A stretch of 64,000 nucleotides of DNA from Deltaproteobacteria bacterium (GCA_038150265.1 JAYOTF010000004.1:1-64000); one strand, 5' to 3'. Positions 37,022 through 47,149 are shown, counted from the first letter of the stretch. Numbers and translations: made by a program. Notes: a model not told the origin generated them from the letters alone.

Positions 37022-38956
37022 ATGAAACGTTTGCTGGTCGCGAGCTTACTGCTTGTAGCGGGTTCCTGGATCGCTCCAACGGTATTTGCTGCAGGAGACA
37101 TCCAGCGGGGATCCGTGCTTTATTACAACTGTGTGAACTGCCACGGAAAAAACGGGGAAGGCAAGGAACTTTCCTCCGCTCCCGCCATTGCTGGTCAGCA
37201 CAGCTGGTACCTCCTCCGGCAACTGCAGAACTTCAAGAGTGGAGTCCGAGGCACCCATGCCGATGATGTGACCGGACAGCAGATGAAGGCCTTTGCACTG
37301 ACGCTGGCCACTCCGGCTGAAATGGAGAGCGTGGTGGCCTACATCGGCACCCTCAAGCCTCAGCCCCTGCCCGCCACGGTTCCGGGGGATCCGGTTGCCG
37401 GAAAGACCGCTTACGGCACCTGCATGGCTTGCCACGGCGCTCAGGGTGAGGGCAATCAGGCGCTCAATGCGCCCAAGCTGGCCGGACTTCCGGACTGGTA
37501 CATCGTGACCCAGCTCAACAGCTTCCAGAAGGGGTACCGCGGAGTTCACAAGAAAGACACCTACGGGCAGCAGATGCGTCCCATGTCTCTGGCCCTCACG
37601 CCTCAGAGCATGAACGACATTGCCGCCTACGTGGCGACCATGAGCGGACTCACGCCACCGAAGCCGACCGCTGAAGAGCTGATGGCGGCCACCCCAGCGC
37701 CGGCCGCTGAAGCCGCGGCTCCGGCCCCGATGACCGCTCTGACCACGGGACAGGTCACCGGGCAGTACGTTCCTTACGACAACCCGCTGGAAGCCGATGC
37801 CAGCTTTGCCGTCTGTGCCTCCTGCCACGGCAACAACGCCCAGGGCAATGAGCGCCTCAATGCTCCCCGCCTGGCAGGTCAGCATGACTGGTACCTTGCT
37901 CGCCAGTTGCAGAACTGGAAAGACGGCATCCGGGGCACGCACCCGACCGACCTCTATGGCATGCAGATGCGTCCGCTTGCCATAGCGCTCACTGACGCGG
38001 AAGTCCAAAGCCTGGCCACCCAGGCGGCCAACTATCAGGCTCCTTACCCACGTACCACCCTTGCTGGTGACATGAACGCCGGACGCGCCGCCTATGGCGT
38101 GTGTGCCTCCTGCCACGGCCCGGATGGAGCCGGAAACCAGGCCCTCAACGCCCCCAAGCTGGCCGGACTTCCGGACTGGTATGTGGCTCGGCAGCTGTCC
38201 CACTTCCGAGATGGTGCTCGGGGTCGAAACCCGAAGGACACCTACGGCCAGCAAATGGCGCCCATGGCAGCCGGACTGAGCGACCAGGGCATTGTTGACC
38301 TCGCGACCTACATCGCCACTCTGCGCGAAGGTGAAATCGACACCACCCCAGTGGTGGCTGCGGCTCCGGCCGCAACGGGAACCGACACGGCAGCGGCGGC
38401 CACCGCCTCTGCTTCCAACGGGCAAGCCCTCTATGGCACCTGTGCAGGCTGTCACGGTCCAGATGGAGCCGGCAACCAGGCCCTCAATGCCCCTCACCTC
38501 GCTGGACAGGCACCGTGGTACATTGCTCGCCAGCTGGCCAACTTCAAGGCGGGCATCCGGGGGGGACATGCCGATGACATGTACGGCAAGCAAATGGCCC
38601 CCATGGCCATGGCCCTCAGTGACGCCGACATGCAGGCCCTCGGCGAGTACGTCAGTGGCCTCACCGGAGCCCCGCTCCCGGCAACCCTGGATGGCGACGC
38701 GGCTGCGGGGCAAGGCGCCTATGCCACCTGTGCAGGCTGTCACGGTGCCGATGGCGCTGGAAACCAGGCCCTCAATGCCCCCAAGCTCGCAGGTCTGCCT
38801 GACTGGTACATCGTCCGGCAGCTGGCCAACTTCAAGGGCGGCATCCGCGGAAGCCACCCGGATGACATGTACGGCAAGCAAATGGCCCCCATGTCAATGG
38901 CTCTTGACGAAGCCGGCATGAAGAACATTGCGGCTTACATCCTGACCCTTCAGTAA
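37022..38956 (+). CDS. Hexaheme c-type cytochrome made of six c4/c553-like domains
   Basis: Signal peptide; CVNCH, CMACH, CASCH, CASCH, CAGCH, CAGCH, each followed by an APxLAG-like motif, WY..QL and a QM motif. Confidence 0.95.
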   Translation: MKRLLVASLLLVAGSWIAPTVFAAGDIQRGSVLYYNCVNCHGKNGEGKELSSAPAIAGQHSWYLLRQLQNFKSGVRGTHADDVTGQQMKAFALTLATPAEMESVVAYIGTLKPQPLPATVPGDPVAGKTAYGTCMACHGAQGEGNQALNAPKLAGLPDWYIVTQLNSFQKGYRGVHKKDTYGQQMRPMSLALTPQSMNDIAAYVATMSGLTPPKPTAEELMAATPAPAAEAAAPAPMTALTTGQVTGQYVPYDNPLEADASFAVCASCHGNNAQGNERLNAPRLAGQHDWYLARQLQNWKDGIRGTHPTDLYGMQMRPLAIALTDAEVQSLATQAANYQAPYPRTTLAGDMNAGRAAYGVCASCHGPDGAGNQALNAPKLAGLPDWYVARQLSHFRDGARGRNPKDTYGQQMAPMAAGLSDQGIVDLATYIATLREGEIDTTPVVAAAPAATGTDTAAAATASASNGQALYGTCAGCHGPDGAGNQALNAPHLAGQAPWYIARQLANFKAGIRGGHADDMYGKQMAPMAMALSDADMQALGEYVSGLTGAPLPATLDGDAAAGQGAYATCAGCHGADGAGNQALNAPKLAGLPDWYIVRQLANFKGGIRGSHPDDMYGKQMAPMSMALDEAGMKNIAAYILTLQ

Positions 38957-38958
38957 GT

Positions 38959-38984
38959 AAAAGGGGGCCCTGCGCCCCCTTTTT
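38959..38984 (+). terminator. Rho-independent terminator
   Basis: AAAAGGGGGC-cctgc-GCCCCCTTTTT right after the cytochrome stop. Confidence 0.85.
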
Positions 38985-39012
38985 CCTCTCCCCGCAGTCA
39001 TTCCTTTCCGCC

Positions 39013-39735
39013 ATGATGACGGTCTTGCTCGTCGAAGACGACGATGTCCTCCGCGATTCCTTGACCTCGGCGATCCGCTCTCTGGGCCATGAGCCCCAGC
39101 CCTACGACCGCGCCATCCCTGCGCTCGCGGCCATGCTGCAAGACGCCTTTGACGTCATTGTCACCGACCTCAAGCTTCCCGATCTCGACGGCATTGAGAT
39201 GATCCGCCAGGCCCGTGCAGAAGGCGTGGTCAGCCCCTTCATCATCATTACCGGACACGCCAGCCTCGACGTGGCCCTTGACTCCATTGACCTCGGCGTC
39301 AAGGCTTTCCTCCGCAAGCCCTTCACCCTCACCGAGCTGGAAAACGCCTTTGAGAAAATCAGTGGGGCGGCTGAAGCCGAGGAGCTTTCCGATGACGAGG
39401 CTGCGGCCCTGGCCGATTCCGAGCTCACCCAGCTTCAGCAGCAAATCGTGGTGGTCGCCCAGCTGAGCCTCACCTACTGGGAACGCCACCTTCTGAAAAC
39501 GAAGGTGCAGCTTGCCTCCGAAAGCGGACTCTGGTCGGTGTACATGGACCGCAGCACCGAACGCACCCGCACGCTCGACCGCTACCTGCAACTCGACCGC
39601 GTTCCCCTCCACCCCAAGCCCTATCGGGTCATCCGGACCGCCCAGTTTGTTCTGAGTAAGCTTCCCAGCGAGGCCAATACGCTGGAGCTGGAGACCGAGC
39701 TGTTCAAGCTCAAGCGCCTCGCTCGCATGAGGTAG
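39013..39735 (+). CDS. Response regulator with ChiS-type C-terminal DNA-binding domain
   Basis: REC: VLLVEDD, VTDLKLP, IIITG, RKPF; C-terminus YWE..KTK..LA.ESGLWSVYMDRSTERTRTLDRYL. Confidence 0.85.
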   Translation: MMTVLLVEDDDVLRDSLTSAIRSLGHEPQPYDRAIPALAAMLQDAFDVIVTDLKLPDLDGIEMIRQARAEGVVSPFIIITGHASLDVALDSIDLGVKAFLRKPFTLTELENAFEKISGAAEAEELSDDEAAALADSELTQLQQQIVVVAQLSLTYWERHLLKTKVQLASESGLWSVYMDRSTERTRTLDRYLQLDRVPLHPKPYRVIRTAQFVLSKLPSEANTLELETELFKLKRLARMR

Positions 39736-39831
39736 CTCGCCTCAAGCAGCAATCCACTTGCACCTGCCTGCAGTCTTTCCGAGACTGGTGTGTTACCGCT
39801 TACTTGCTCAACACACCACAAATCGGCCTTC

Positions 39832-40953
39832 ATGCTTGTTATCCTCCATCCCAACACGGATGAATCCTCAGAAGCCTACACCCAGACCTGGGAATACCTG
39901 CAGGCCCTCCCTGACATTCAACTTCGCCTGAACCAGGTCCAGGGGCAAGGACAGCGCCTCACGGAAATCTACCTCATTGGCAACACCCGTGCGCTCTCCC
40001 TGGAGTCTGTGGAAGCCCTCCCGGCAGTGGAGCGAGTGGTCCGGATTTCCCACGAGTTCCGCATCCTGGGACGCCATGCCTCCGGAACGCCGTCCCTTGA
40101 TTTTGAATACAACGGCGTCCGCTTCAGCCAAGACACCCTCAACCTGTTCCCCGGCCTGTGCGCCGTCGACAACCCGAAAAACGTCGAGCGCATGATGCAG
40201 GCCCTCCAGGCCCATGGCCTGACCTGCACCCGCATGGGCGCCTACAAGCCCCGAACCAGCCCCTACGCCTTTCAGGGACATGGCAAGGACTGCCTGCCCT
40301 ACGTTTTTGAGCTGGCTGGAAAATACGGCATCAAGGTCATTGCCATGGAAGTCACACACGACAGCCATGTGGAAGAGATTGACGAGGTCCTGGAAAAGCT
40401 CGGACGCCCCACGGGCGTGATGCTCCAGATCGGTACCCGCAACACCCAGAACTTCGAGTTGCTCAAGGTCATCGGCCGGCAGCAGACCTACCCCGTGCTG
40501 CTCAAGCGAGGCTTTGGCATCTCTCTGAACGAGTCCCTCAACGCCGCGGAGTACCTGGCCAGCGAGGGCAACAGCAACATCATCTTCTGCCTCCGTGGCA
40601 TGAAGACCGGGTTTGGCGCGCCCCACCGCAACATGGTGGACTTCCCACACGTCCCGGTTGTTCGCCGACAGACCCGGATGCCCGTCTGCATCGACCCCTC
40701 TCACTCGGTTGGAACCCGTGAGGAAGGCCCGGAAGGCATCATGGACGTCCTCCATGCCATGGCTCAGGGCATCATTGCAGGAGCCAACATGGTCCTGATC
40801 GACTTCCACCCAGAGCCCACCGAGGCCCTTGTGGACGGTCCCCAGGCGCTGCGCCTTGAGGAACTCCCGCTGTTTCTGGAAGACGTCCGGATCGCACGCG
40901 AGGCCTTCCTGAAGCGTCAGGAGCTTTATCAGAATCACCCCACAGCCCCCTAA
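39832..40953 (+). CDS. DAHP synthase, type I-beta with N-terminal regulatory domain
   Basis: GLCAVD, GAYKPRTSPYAFQG, QIGTRN.QNF.LL, LLKRG, DPSH. Confidence 0.92.
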   Translation: MLVILHPNTDESSEAYTQTWEYLQALPDIQLRLNQVQGQGQRLTEIYLIGNTRALSLESVEALPAVERVVRISHEFRILGRHASGTPSLDFEYNGVRFSQDTLNLFPGLCAVDNPKNVERMMQALQAHGLTCTRMGAYKPRTSPYAFQGHGKDCLPYVFELAGKYGIKVIAMEVTHDSHVEEIDEVLEKLGRPTGVMLQIGTRNTQNFELLKVIGRQQTYPVLLKRGFGISLNESLNAAEYLASEGNSNIIFCLRGMKTGFGAPHRNMVDFPHVPVVRRQTRMPVCIDPSHSVGTREEGPEGIMDVLHAMAQGIIAGANMVLIDFHPEPTEALVDGPQALRLEELPLFLEDVRIAREAFLKRQELYQNHPTAP

Positions 40954-40958
40954 CGCCC

Positions 40959-41156
40959 ATGCCGCTCTACGACTACCACTGTGAGAACTGCCGAACCGAC
41001 TTCACCGAGCTGCGGAAGTCTTCGGAAATGGATCAACCCATCGCCTGTCCCGAATGCGGCTCCGCACACACCCACCGCGAACTCAGTGGCTTCGCGGTCG
41101 CCGGTGGAAGCGCCAAGGGCGGCTGCTCCGGAGGCGGCAACAGCCCCTTCCGCTGA
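40959..41156 (+). CDS. FmdB-family zinc ribbon protein
   Basis: MPLYDYHCENC..CPECGS. Confidence 0.9.
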   Translation: MPLYDYHCENCRTDFTELRKSSEMDQPIACPECGSAHTHRELSGFAVAGGSAKGGCSGGGNSPFR

Positions 41157-41269
41157 GCGTCCTGACGCCACCAGGATGGTCATCCTGGACCCACCCCGAG
41201 TTCCCGGCATTCCGTGAGGAGCCCTGCTCCTCCGGAACTTCTCCTCAAACCCCCTTGTGAGGCCCCTGC

Positions 41270-42682
41270 ATGTCTGCTTTTACCGCCGAAGCCCCTGTTC
41301 CCAGCACCACGAAGAAGGTCCGCATCAAACCGGAAGGCGCCCTGGACTTCCTCTCGTTGCGGGAGATCCAGAAGCTTCGGGACAGCAACGAAGGGGGCCT
41401 GTACAACGTCTTCCGCCGCTGCGCCCTTGCGGTGCTCAATACGGGAAACGAAACCGACAGCGGCGCCGAGTTGCTCCGGATGTTTCCGGACTTCGACATC
41501 CAGATTGTTCCTCAGGCCCGAGGCGTCCGCCTGGAAGTGGAAGGGGCTCCGGACACCGCGTTTGTCGATGACGTCATGCTGCAGGGCATCCGGGAGCACC
41601 TGTTTTCGGTCCTGCGCGACATCATCTACGTCAGCAACCAGCTCGAAGCCTCCGACCGCTTTGACCTTGGCACCTCAGACGGCATCACGGACTTCATCTT
41701 TCACATCCTGCGCAACGCAGGGGTGCTCGAGCACCTGATCCCCTTCAACCTCATCGTCTGCTGGGGGGGACACTCCATCAACTACACGGAGTATCAGTAC
41801 ACCAAGGAAGTGGGCTACCACCTCGGCCTGCGGGGCTTCAACATCTGCACCGGCTGCGGCCCGGGTGCCATGAAGGGGCCCATGAAGGGGGCCGCCGTCG
41901 GACACGCCAAGCAGCGCAACCGCCACGGACGCTACATCGGCCTCACCGAACCCGGCATCATTGCCTCCGAGGCTCCGAATCCGATGGTCAACACGCTGGT
42001 GATCATGCCCGACATCGAGAAGCGACTGGAGTCCTTTGTCCGCATGGGCCACGGTTTCATCATCTTCCCCGGAGGGGCAGGGACCGCTGAAGAAATCCTC
42101 TACCTGCTCGGCATCCTCATGCACCCGGAAAACCAGGGCGTGCCCTTTCCCCTCATCCTCACGGGTCCCAAGGAAAGCGAGGCGTACTTTGAGCAGATCG
42201 ACCGCTTCATCGTCTCCATCCTCGGGGAGGAGGTCCGGAAGCACTACCAGATCATTGTCGGAGATCCGGAGGAGGTCGCCCGGCAGATGCAGAAGACCGT
42301 CCCGCGAGTCCGGGAGTTCCGGCGCTCACGACGCGACGCCTACTACTTCAACTGGACGCTGCACATCGACCCGATCTTCCAGCAGCCCTTCGTGCCCACG
42401 CATGAAAACATGGCCGCGCTCAACCTGAACCCCGGGCAGCCGCCGCATGAACTTGCCGCCCAACTCCGGCGCATGTTCTCCGGAATCGTCTCAGGCAACA
42501 TCAAGGATGACGGCGTGGCCGCCGTGGCAGCACATGGGCCATTTGTCATCAACGGCAAGCGCGAGTGGATGGAACAGCTTGACGTCCTCCTGCGATCGTT
42601 CTGCGACCAGCACCGCATGAAGCTTCCGGGCATGGGCGAGTACCAGCCCTGCTACCGCGTGGGGTCCGGAGCCGACGCATGA
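41270..42682 (+). CDS. ppnN: Pyrimidine/purine nucleotide 5'-monophosphate nucleosidase PpnN
   Basis: VCWGGHSI, CTGCGPGAMKGPMKGA, MPDIEKRLE.FVR, FPGGAGTAEE. Confidence 0.95.
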   Translation: MSAFTAEAPVPSTTKKVRIKPEGALDFLSLREIQKLRDSNEGGLYNVFRRCALAVLNTGNETDSGAELLRMFPDFDIQIVPQARGVRLEVEGAPDTAFVDDVMLQGIREHLFSVLRDIIYVSNQLEASDRFDLGTSDGITDFIFHILRNAGVLEHLIPFNLIVCWGGHSINYTEYQYTKEVGYHLGLRGFNICTGCGPGAMKGPMKGAAVGHAKQRNRHGRYIGLTEPGIIASEAPNPMVNTLVIMPDIEKRLESFVRMGHGFIIFPGGAGTAEEILYLLGILMHPENQGVPFPLILTGPKESEAYFEQIDRFIVSILGEEVRKHYQIIVGDPEEVARQMQKTVPRVREFRRSRRDAYYFNWTLHIDPIFQQPFVPTHENMAALNLNPGQPPHELAAQLRRMFSGIVSGNIKDDGVAAVAAHGPFVINGKREWMEQLDVLLRSFCDQHRMKLPGMGEYQPCYRVGSGADA

Positions 42683-43293
42683 ACCTCAAGGAGCAGTTCC
42701 GGCTGAGGGGAGAACCCGAGCTGCGCGCCTCCATCGCTGCCACCCTGCAGGGACATGATGTCACAGAGGGCGTCTGGATCTTTGGCTACGGCTCGCTCAT
42801 CTGGAACCCGGGGTTTCGGCACACCACGGCTCGTGACGCCCAGCTGAAGGGTTACCACCGGCGCCTCTGTGTGGAGTCCAAGGTCTACCGGGGCACTCCG
42901 GAGGCTCCGGGCCTGGTGCTGGGGCTCGACCAGGGAGGGTGCTGCCACGGACGCGTGTTTCACATTGCACCGGACGACCTGGATTCGGAGCTGCTGGAAG
43001 TCTGGGAACGCGAAATGTTTGACGAAAGCTACCTCCCGGCATGGGTCCATCCGGAAACGCCAGCAGGCCCGGTGGAGGCCCTCACCTTCGTGGTCAACCG
43101 CGACACCGACCTGTACATTCCGGAACGCAGCCTCGCCGAGATGACGGACGTTGTGACCCAGGCTGCTGGAGAGCGAGGCACCTGTGAGGAGTACCTCCGC
43201 AACACCGTCGAAGCCCTCCGGCACCATGAGCTTCCCGATCCAGACCTCGAAGCCATTCTTGCGGCAGTGGATGCCCACCGGGGCCCTTCATGA
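42679..43293 (+). CDS. chaC: Glutathione-specific gamma-glutamylcyclotransferase ChaC
   Basis: WIFGYGSLIWNP, YRGTPEAPGLVLGLD, WEREM. Confidence 0.92.
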   Translation: MNLKEQFRLRGEPELRASIAATLQGHDVTEGVWIFGYGSLIWNPGFRHTTARDAQLKGYHRRLCVESKVYRGTPEAPGLVLGLDQGGCCHGRVFHIAPDDLDSELLEVWEREMFDESYLPAWVHPETPAGPVEALTFVVNRDTDLYIPERSLAEMTDVVTQAAGERGTCEEYLRNTVEALRHHELPDPDLEAILAAVDAHRGPS

Positions 43294-44252
43294 AACGCCT
43301 GCTGGTTTTCTTTTTCTGGGTGCTGCTGCTGTTTGGGCTCGGCGGGACCGCTGGGTGGCGGCTTCATGAAGAGGCCATCCGCAAGGGGTGCATCAACCCG
43401 CAGGATCCGATTGTCACTGCGCCCCTGCAACAGCAGGAGGGGCGACTCGTTCTGAAGCCTCAGGCCGCCGAAACGCTGCGTCTGCTGGCCGTCGGTGATA
43501 CGGGAAGCGGCGATGCCGACCAGCGTCAGGTTGCTCAGGCCATGCAGCAGGTGTGCGCCCAAAACGGCTGTGACGCGGTCCTCTACCTGGGGGACAACCT
43601 CTACCCAGATGGCGCCTCCTCCACCGTGGACCCGCTCTTCCAGAGTCACTTCGAGTCGGTTTATGCCGGCCTCGATCTGCCCTTTCTCGCGGTGCTTGGC
43701 AACCATGACGTCCACCTCCCTGCCCTCCACGAAGTCAACTACACCGCCCAGTCCAGCAAGTGGCAGCTCCCGGCTCCGGAGTACAGCGTGGAAGCGGGCC
43801 CAGTGGAGCTGCATGCCCTCAACACCAACTGCCCAGCCGCCTGGACGCTGGCACAAAAAGTAAGGGAAGCGCCCCGGACCCCGTGGACCCTCGTGTTTGC
43901 ACACCACCCCGTCTACTCCGCTGGCACTCACGGAGATGCCGACCCACTCACCCGGGTGCTCGCCAACTCGCTGCTTTCCAACCGGGTGGATTTTTACCTT
44001 TCCGGACACGATCACCACCTGGCTCACCTGCAGTTTCCCGGGGTCACCACCGACTTCATCGTCAGCGGAGCCGGGGGCAAGCACTACCGAGACACCCCTC
44101 CGGACGACCTGCAGACCAGTCAGGCGCGCCTGCGCTTTCAGCACCTTGATACCGGATTCGTCTGGCTGCAGTTTGACGTCCGGCAGGCACGTGTGGAATT
44201 CTATGACGGAAACGCCCGCCTGCTTTACCAGTTTACCAAAGACGCCTTATGA
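43290..44252 (+). CDS. Exported metallophosphoesterase (purple acid phosphatase-like)
   Basis: GDTG, GDNLY, GNHD, FAHH, GHDH; N-terminal hydrophobic segment. Confidence 0.9.
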   Translation: MKRLLVFFFWVLLLFGLGGTAGWRLHEEAIRKGCINPQDPIVTAPLQQQEGRLVLKPQAAETLRLLAVGDTGSGDADQRQVAQAMQQVCAQNGCDAVLYLGDNLYPDGASSTVDPLFQSHFESVYAGLDLPFLAVLGNHDVHLPALHEVNYTAQSSKWQLPAPEYSVEAGPVELHALNTNCPAAWTLAQKVREAPRTPWTLVFAHHPVYSAGTHGDADPLTRVLANSLLSNRVDFYLSGHDHHLAHLQFPGVTTDFIVSGAGGKHYRDTPPDDLQTSQARLRFQHLDTGFVWLQFDVRQARVEFYDGNARLLYQFTKDAL

Positions 44253-45049
44253 CAGAACCGTTGCTGGTCTTTGCCCACGCCAACGGGTTTCCCGGGCAGT
44301 GCTACACCGAGCTGTTTGAAGCCCTCACGCCGTGGGAAGTTCAGGCCCTGCCTTGCATGGGAGACGGTCACCGGGCGGAGGACGTACGCTGGGAGTTCTT
44401 TGCCGACGAGGTGCTGGAGGTGCTGGTTTCGCTGAAGCGCCCTTTGGTGGGGCTGGGGCACTCATTGGGAGGAGTGGTGATGCTCATGGCTGCGGCCAAG
44501 CGTCCGGACCTGTTTGTCCACCTGATCACGCTGGATCCGCCGCTGATCGCCCGCTGGAAACGGGAGTTGCACTGGGGCCTCCAGAAGGTGCGGCTGGGAG
44601 ATCGCTTCACCCCAGCCTGGAAGTCCCGGAACCGCCGGGAGCACTTTTCCAGCCGCGAGGAGGCCCTGAACTACTTCCGGGGACGTGGGCTCTTCAAGCA
44701 CTTCTCGGAGCGAGCCCTTCAGCTTTATGTGGAACACGGGCTGCGGGAAAACGAGTCAGGCGTGACTCTGACGATTCCCCGAGAGGTGGAGGTCCAGATC
44801 TTCCGGACGCTTCCGGCGCGGCTGCCCCGAGGCGTGCGGGAGTTAGAGGGGACGTTGATTCATGCGACTGCGCCTTCGCTCCTGACGCCGCAGGACCTGC
44901 GGTGGTGGAACCGGACCCTGCCCCACTTTGAGCAGATCCCCCTTGCGGCAGGGCACCTCTTTCCGCTGGACCAGCCGGATGCCACCGGCGCCCTCATTGC
45001 TGAGGTGCTTCAGCGGCAAGTCAAGCGTGAGGGCGTTCAGGCAAGCTGA
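44249..45049 (+). CDS. Alpha/beta hydrolase
   Basis: FAHANGF, GHSLGG, GHLFP. Confidence 0.9.
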   Translation: MTEPLLVFAHANGFPGQCYTELFEALTPWEVQALPCMGDGHRAEDVRWEFFADEVLEVLVSLKRPLVGLGHSLGGVVMLMAAAKRPDLFVHLITLDPPLIARWKRELHWGLQKVRLGDRFTPAWKSRNRREHFSSREEALNYFRGRGLFKHFSERALQLYVEHGLRENESGVTLTIPREVEVQIFRTLPARLPRGVRELEGTLIHATAPSLLTPQDLRWWNRTLPHFEQIPLAAGHLFPLDQPDATGALIAEVLQRQVKREGVQAS

Positions 45050-45594
45050 GGAGAGGCGCTGGGGGCCGACGCCTGAAGGAGGTCGGGATACGCGGCGGCA
45101 CGGTCGATGTACACCTGTGCCACCAGGCGGTTGCGCTCCAGGATGCGTTCGTCGTAGGTCTTGCGGACCTGTCCGGGGGATCCCACCACGAGGGAGAACG
45201 GCGGAATGATGGTGTTTTCCAGGACCACGGCGCCTGCCCCCACAATGCTGCCACGCCCAATCCGGGCCCCATTCATCACCACCGCGCCCATTCCAATCAG
45301 GCAGTCGTCTTCCACCACACAGCCGTGCATGATGCACCGATGCCCCACGGTGACGCGGTCTCCCAGAATCAGGGGGGTTCCGGGGTCGGCATGTCCCACC
45401 GAAAGGTCCTGCAGGTTCGTCCCGGCTCCAATGGTGATCCATTCCGTATCCCCGCGCAGGACCGTGTTGAACCAGACGGACGACTGAGCGCCCATCCGGA
45501 CGCCTCCGATGACCTGGGCGCCCGGCGCCACAAAAACCGACTCATGCAGATCCGGATGCCGGTCTCCCAGCGTCCAGGTTCCGGAGTCCCTCAT
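45037..45594 (-). CDS. Gamma carbonic anhydrase-family protein
   Basis: Hexapeptide repeats, LRGD, NLQD..H, VTVGH..HGC. Confidence 0.93.
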   Translation of the reverse strand: MRDSGTWTLGDRHPDLHESVFVAPGAQVIGGVRMGAQSSVWFNTVLRGDTEWITIGAGTNLQDLSVGHADPGTPLILGDRVTVGHRCIMHGCVVEDDCLIGMGAVVMNGARIGRGSIVGAGAVVLENTIIPPFSLVVGSPGQVRKTYDERILERNRLVAQVYIDRAAAYPDLLQASAPSASPQLA

Positions 45595-45848
45595 GGAAGC
45601 TGCCCCTTGCGGAAGGCCGCCCCAATGTTCGCCCAGATTTGCAGAATTTCCCGGATCGCCTCTTCCTCAAGCCCCGTTTCCTGGAGCAAAAAGGGCATGG
45701 TGGCCTTGACATCCGTGCAGTGATCCCGGACCCCTTTGGCACAGTACACGGCCCACACCTGATGCTCGGCAGCAGTGCGGTTCGGGCGCTGGGCCATGAC
45801 TTCTGCCGGGTTGACCTCCCAGATTTCTTCCAATTCGATGAACTGCAT
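45591..45848 (-). CDS. Small hypothetical protein (85 aa)
   Basis: MQFIELEE..; 4-bp overlap with the gamma-CA start. Confidence 0.6.
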   Translation of the reverse strand: MQFIELEEIWEVNPAEVMAQRPNRTAAEHQVWAVYCAKGVRDHCTDVKATMPFLLQETGLEEEAIREILQIWANIGAAFRKGQLP

Positions 45849-45963
45849 GGCGCTTGTCTCATGAGATGTTGAAGGAACCACACCGCTCGACTTTCTGGCG
45901 AACGCGGCTGGACAGGCAAGAACCTCAGACAGCATGCAGTCTGTCCGGACTGAACCGCAAGTA

Positions 45964-45995
45964 CAAGTAAAGTTTCGTTTCAAAGTGAACGAAAC
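45964..45995 (-). terminator. Probable terminator of the LacI gene
   Basis: Minus strand GTTTCGTT..AACGAAAC stem followed by TTTACTT. Confidence 0.5.
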
Positions 45996-46012
45996 CGGCC
46001 CCAGTCCCGGGT

Positions 46013-47014
46013 TCAGATGGAGTGTCGCATCACCACCGGGCACTCCAGCTTGATCTTGCTCGGCGTCCGGGCTCCCAGCACCAGCTGCTCCACCGCCCAG
46101 CGTCCCATCTCAAGGTGGGGGAGGAGGACGGTCGAAAGGGCAGGAGAGAGGTGCTGGGCCACTTCCTGATCATCATACCCCATCACGGCCACGTCCTGCG
46201 GAATCTGCAGTCCGGCTTCCTTCAGGGCCTCGTAGCACCCGAGCGCCATCAGGTCGTTGGCACAGAAGATGGCGGTGGGCCGCACCTTCAGGGCCAGAAG
46301 GTGGCACGTCGCTTCATAGCCACCGCTGGGCAGGAAGTTGCCCGTCCGCGAGTAGTCGGGCTGAAAGGGAATGTCATGCGTGGCCAACGCCTGCCGGTAT
46401 CCGGCAAAGCGGTCCCGGGCGGCCTCCATCCAGGGCTCACCATGAATGAAGGCAATGCGCCGGTGTCCGGACTGAATGAGGGCTTCTGTTGCCGCAAAGC
46501 CGCCCATCACCTCTGAAGGCACCACCGCCGGAAAGCGCGGGGTCGCCTCGTAGCAGTTGAGCAGAACCGTCGGAATGGAGTCGAGCGCCGGGGGCAGCGT
46601 CACTTCCCGCGTGAGGATCGACGCATAAATGACCCCCTCCACCTGCATGGCCTTCCAGTGCTCCAGGGTGGCCTCCTCGCGATCGGCCTTTCCTCCGGTT
46701 TTTGCGGAAACCAGCAGCCGGCCATGCTCCCACGCCGCCTCCTGGGCGCCTTCCACGGAAAGCGCCGCAAAGGGGCTGGTCATGATCTCGTCCACGAGCA
46801 TGCCAATCCACGAGTGACGCTGCCCCTTCTGGGGCGCTCCTCCGGACCGGCGAGCGTACCCCATCCGGTCGGCCACCTCCAGCACCCGCTGCCGGGTGGC
46901 CTCTGCAATGCGCACCCCCTCCACACCATTCAGGACAAACGAGACGGTGGACTGCGACACCCCGGCCTCGTGTGCCACATCCTGCATGGTCAATCGACGC
47001 TTTTCTTCAGTCAT
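46013..47014 (-). CDS. LacI-family regulator
   Basis: TMQDVAHEAGVSQSTVSFVLNG; PTAIFCAND, VMGYDD. Confidence 0.94.
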   Translation of the reverse strand: MTEEKRRLTMQDVAHEAGVSQSTVSFVLNGVEGVRIAEATRQRVLEVADRMGYARRSGGAPQKGQRHSWIGMLVDEIMTSPFAALSVEGAQEAAWEHGRLLVSAKTGGKADREEATLEHWKAMQVEGVIYASILTREVTLPPALDSIPTVLLNCYEATPRFPAVVPSEVMGGFAATEALIQSGHRRIAFIHGEPWMEAARDRFAGYRQALATHDIPFQPDYSRTGNFLPSGGYEATCHLLALKVRPTAIFCANDLMALGCYEALKEAGLQIPQDVAVMGYDDQEVAQHLSPALSTVLLPHLEMGRWAVEQLVLGARTPSKIKLECPVVMRHSI

Positions 47015-47056
47015 GCCTCTACTTGGAACTCAAATCGTCAGAGGGAAAATTTCTAC

Positions 47057-47119
47057 TTGAATCTCTGCTCAGACTCAAGTAATAATCGTTTACTAATATT
47101 TGCTAATAATTAGCAAATA
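47057..47119 (+). promoter_or_regulatory. Promoter and LacI operator of the sugar ABC operon
   Basis: TTGAAT-N18-AATAAT; palindrome TATTTGCTAAT-A-ATTAGCAAATA at 47097-47119. Confidence 0.75.
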
Positions 47120-47149
47120 GCCAAAAACCGCTGGTTTACCGAGCCCCTG

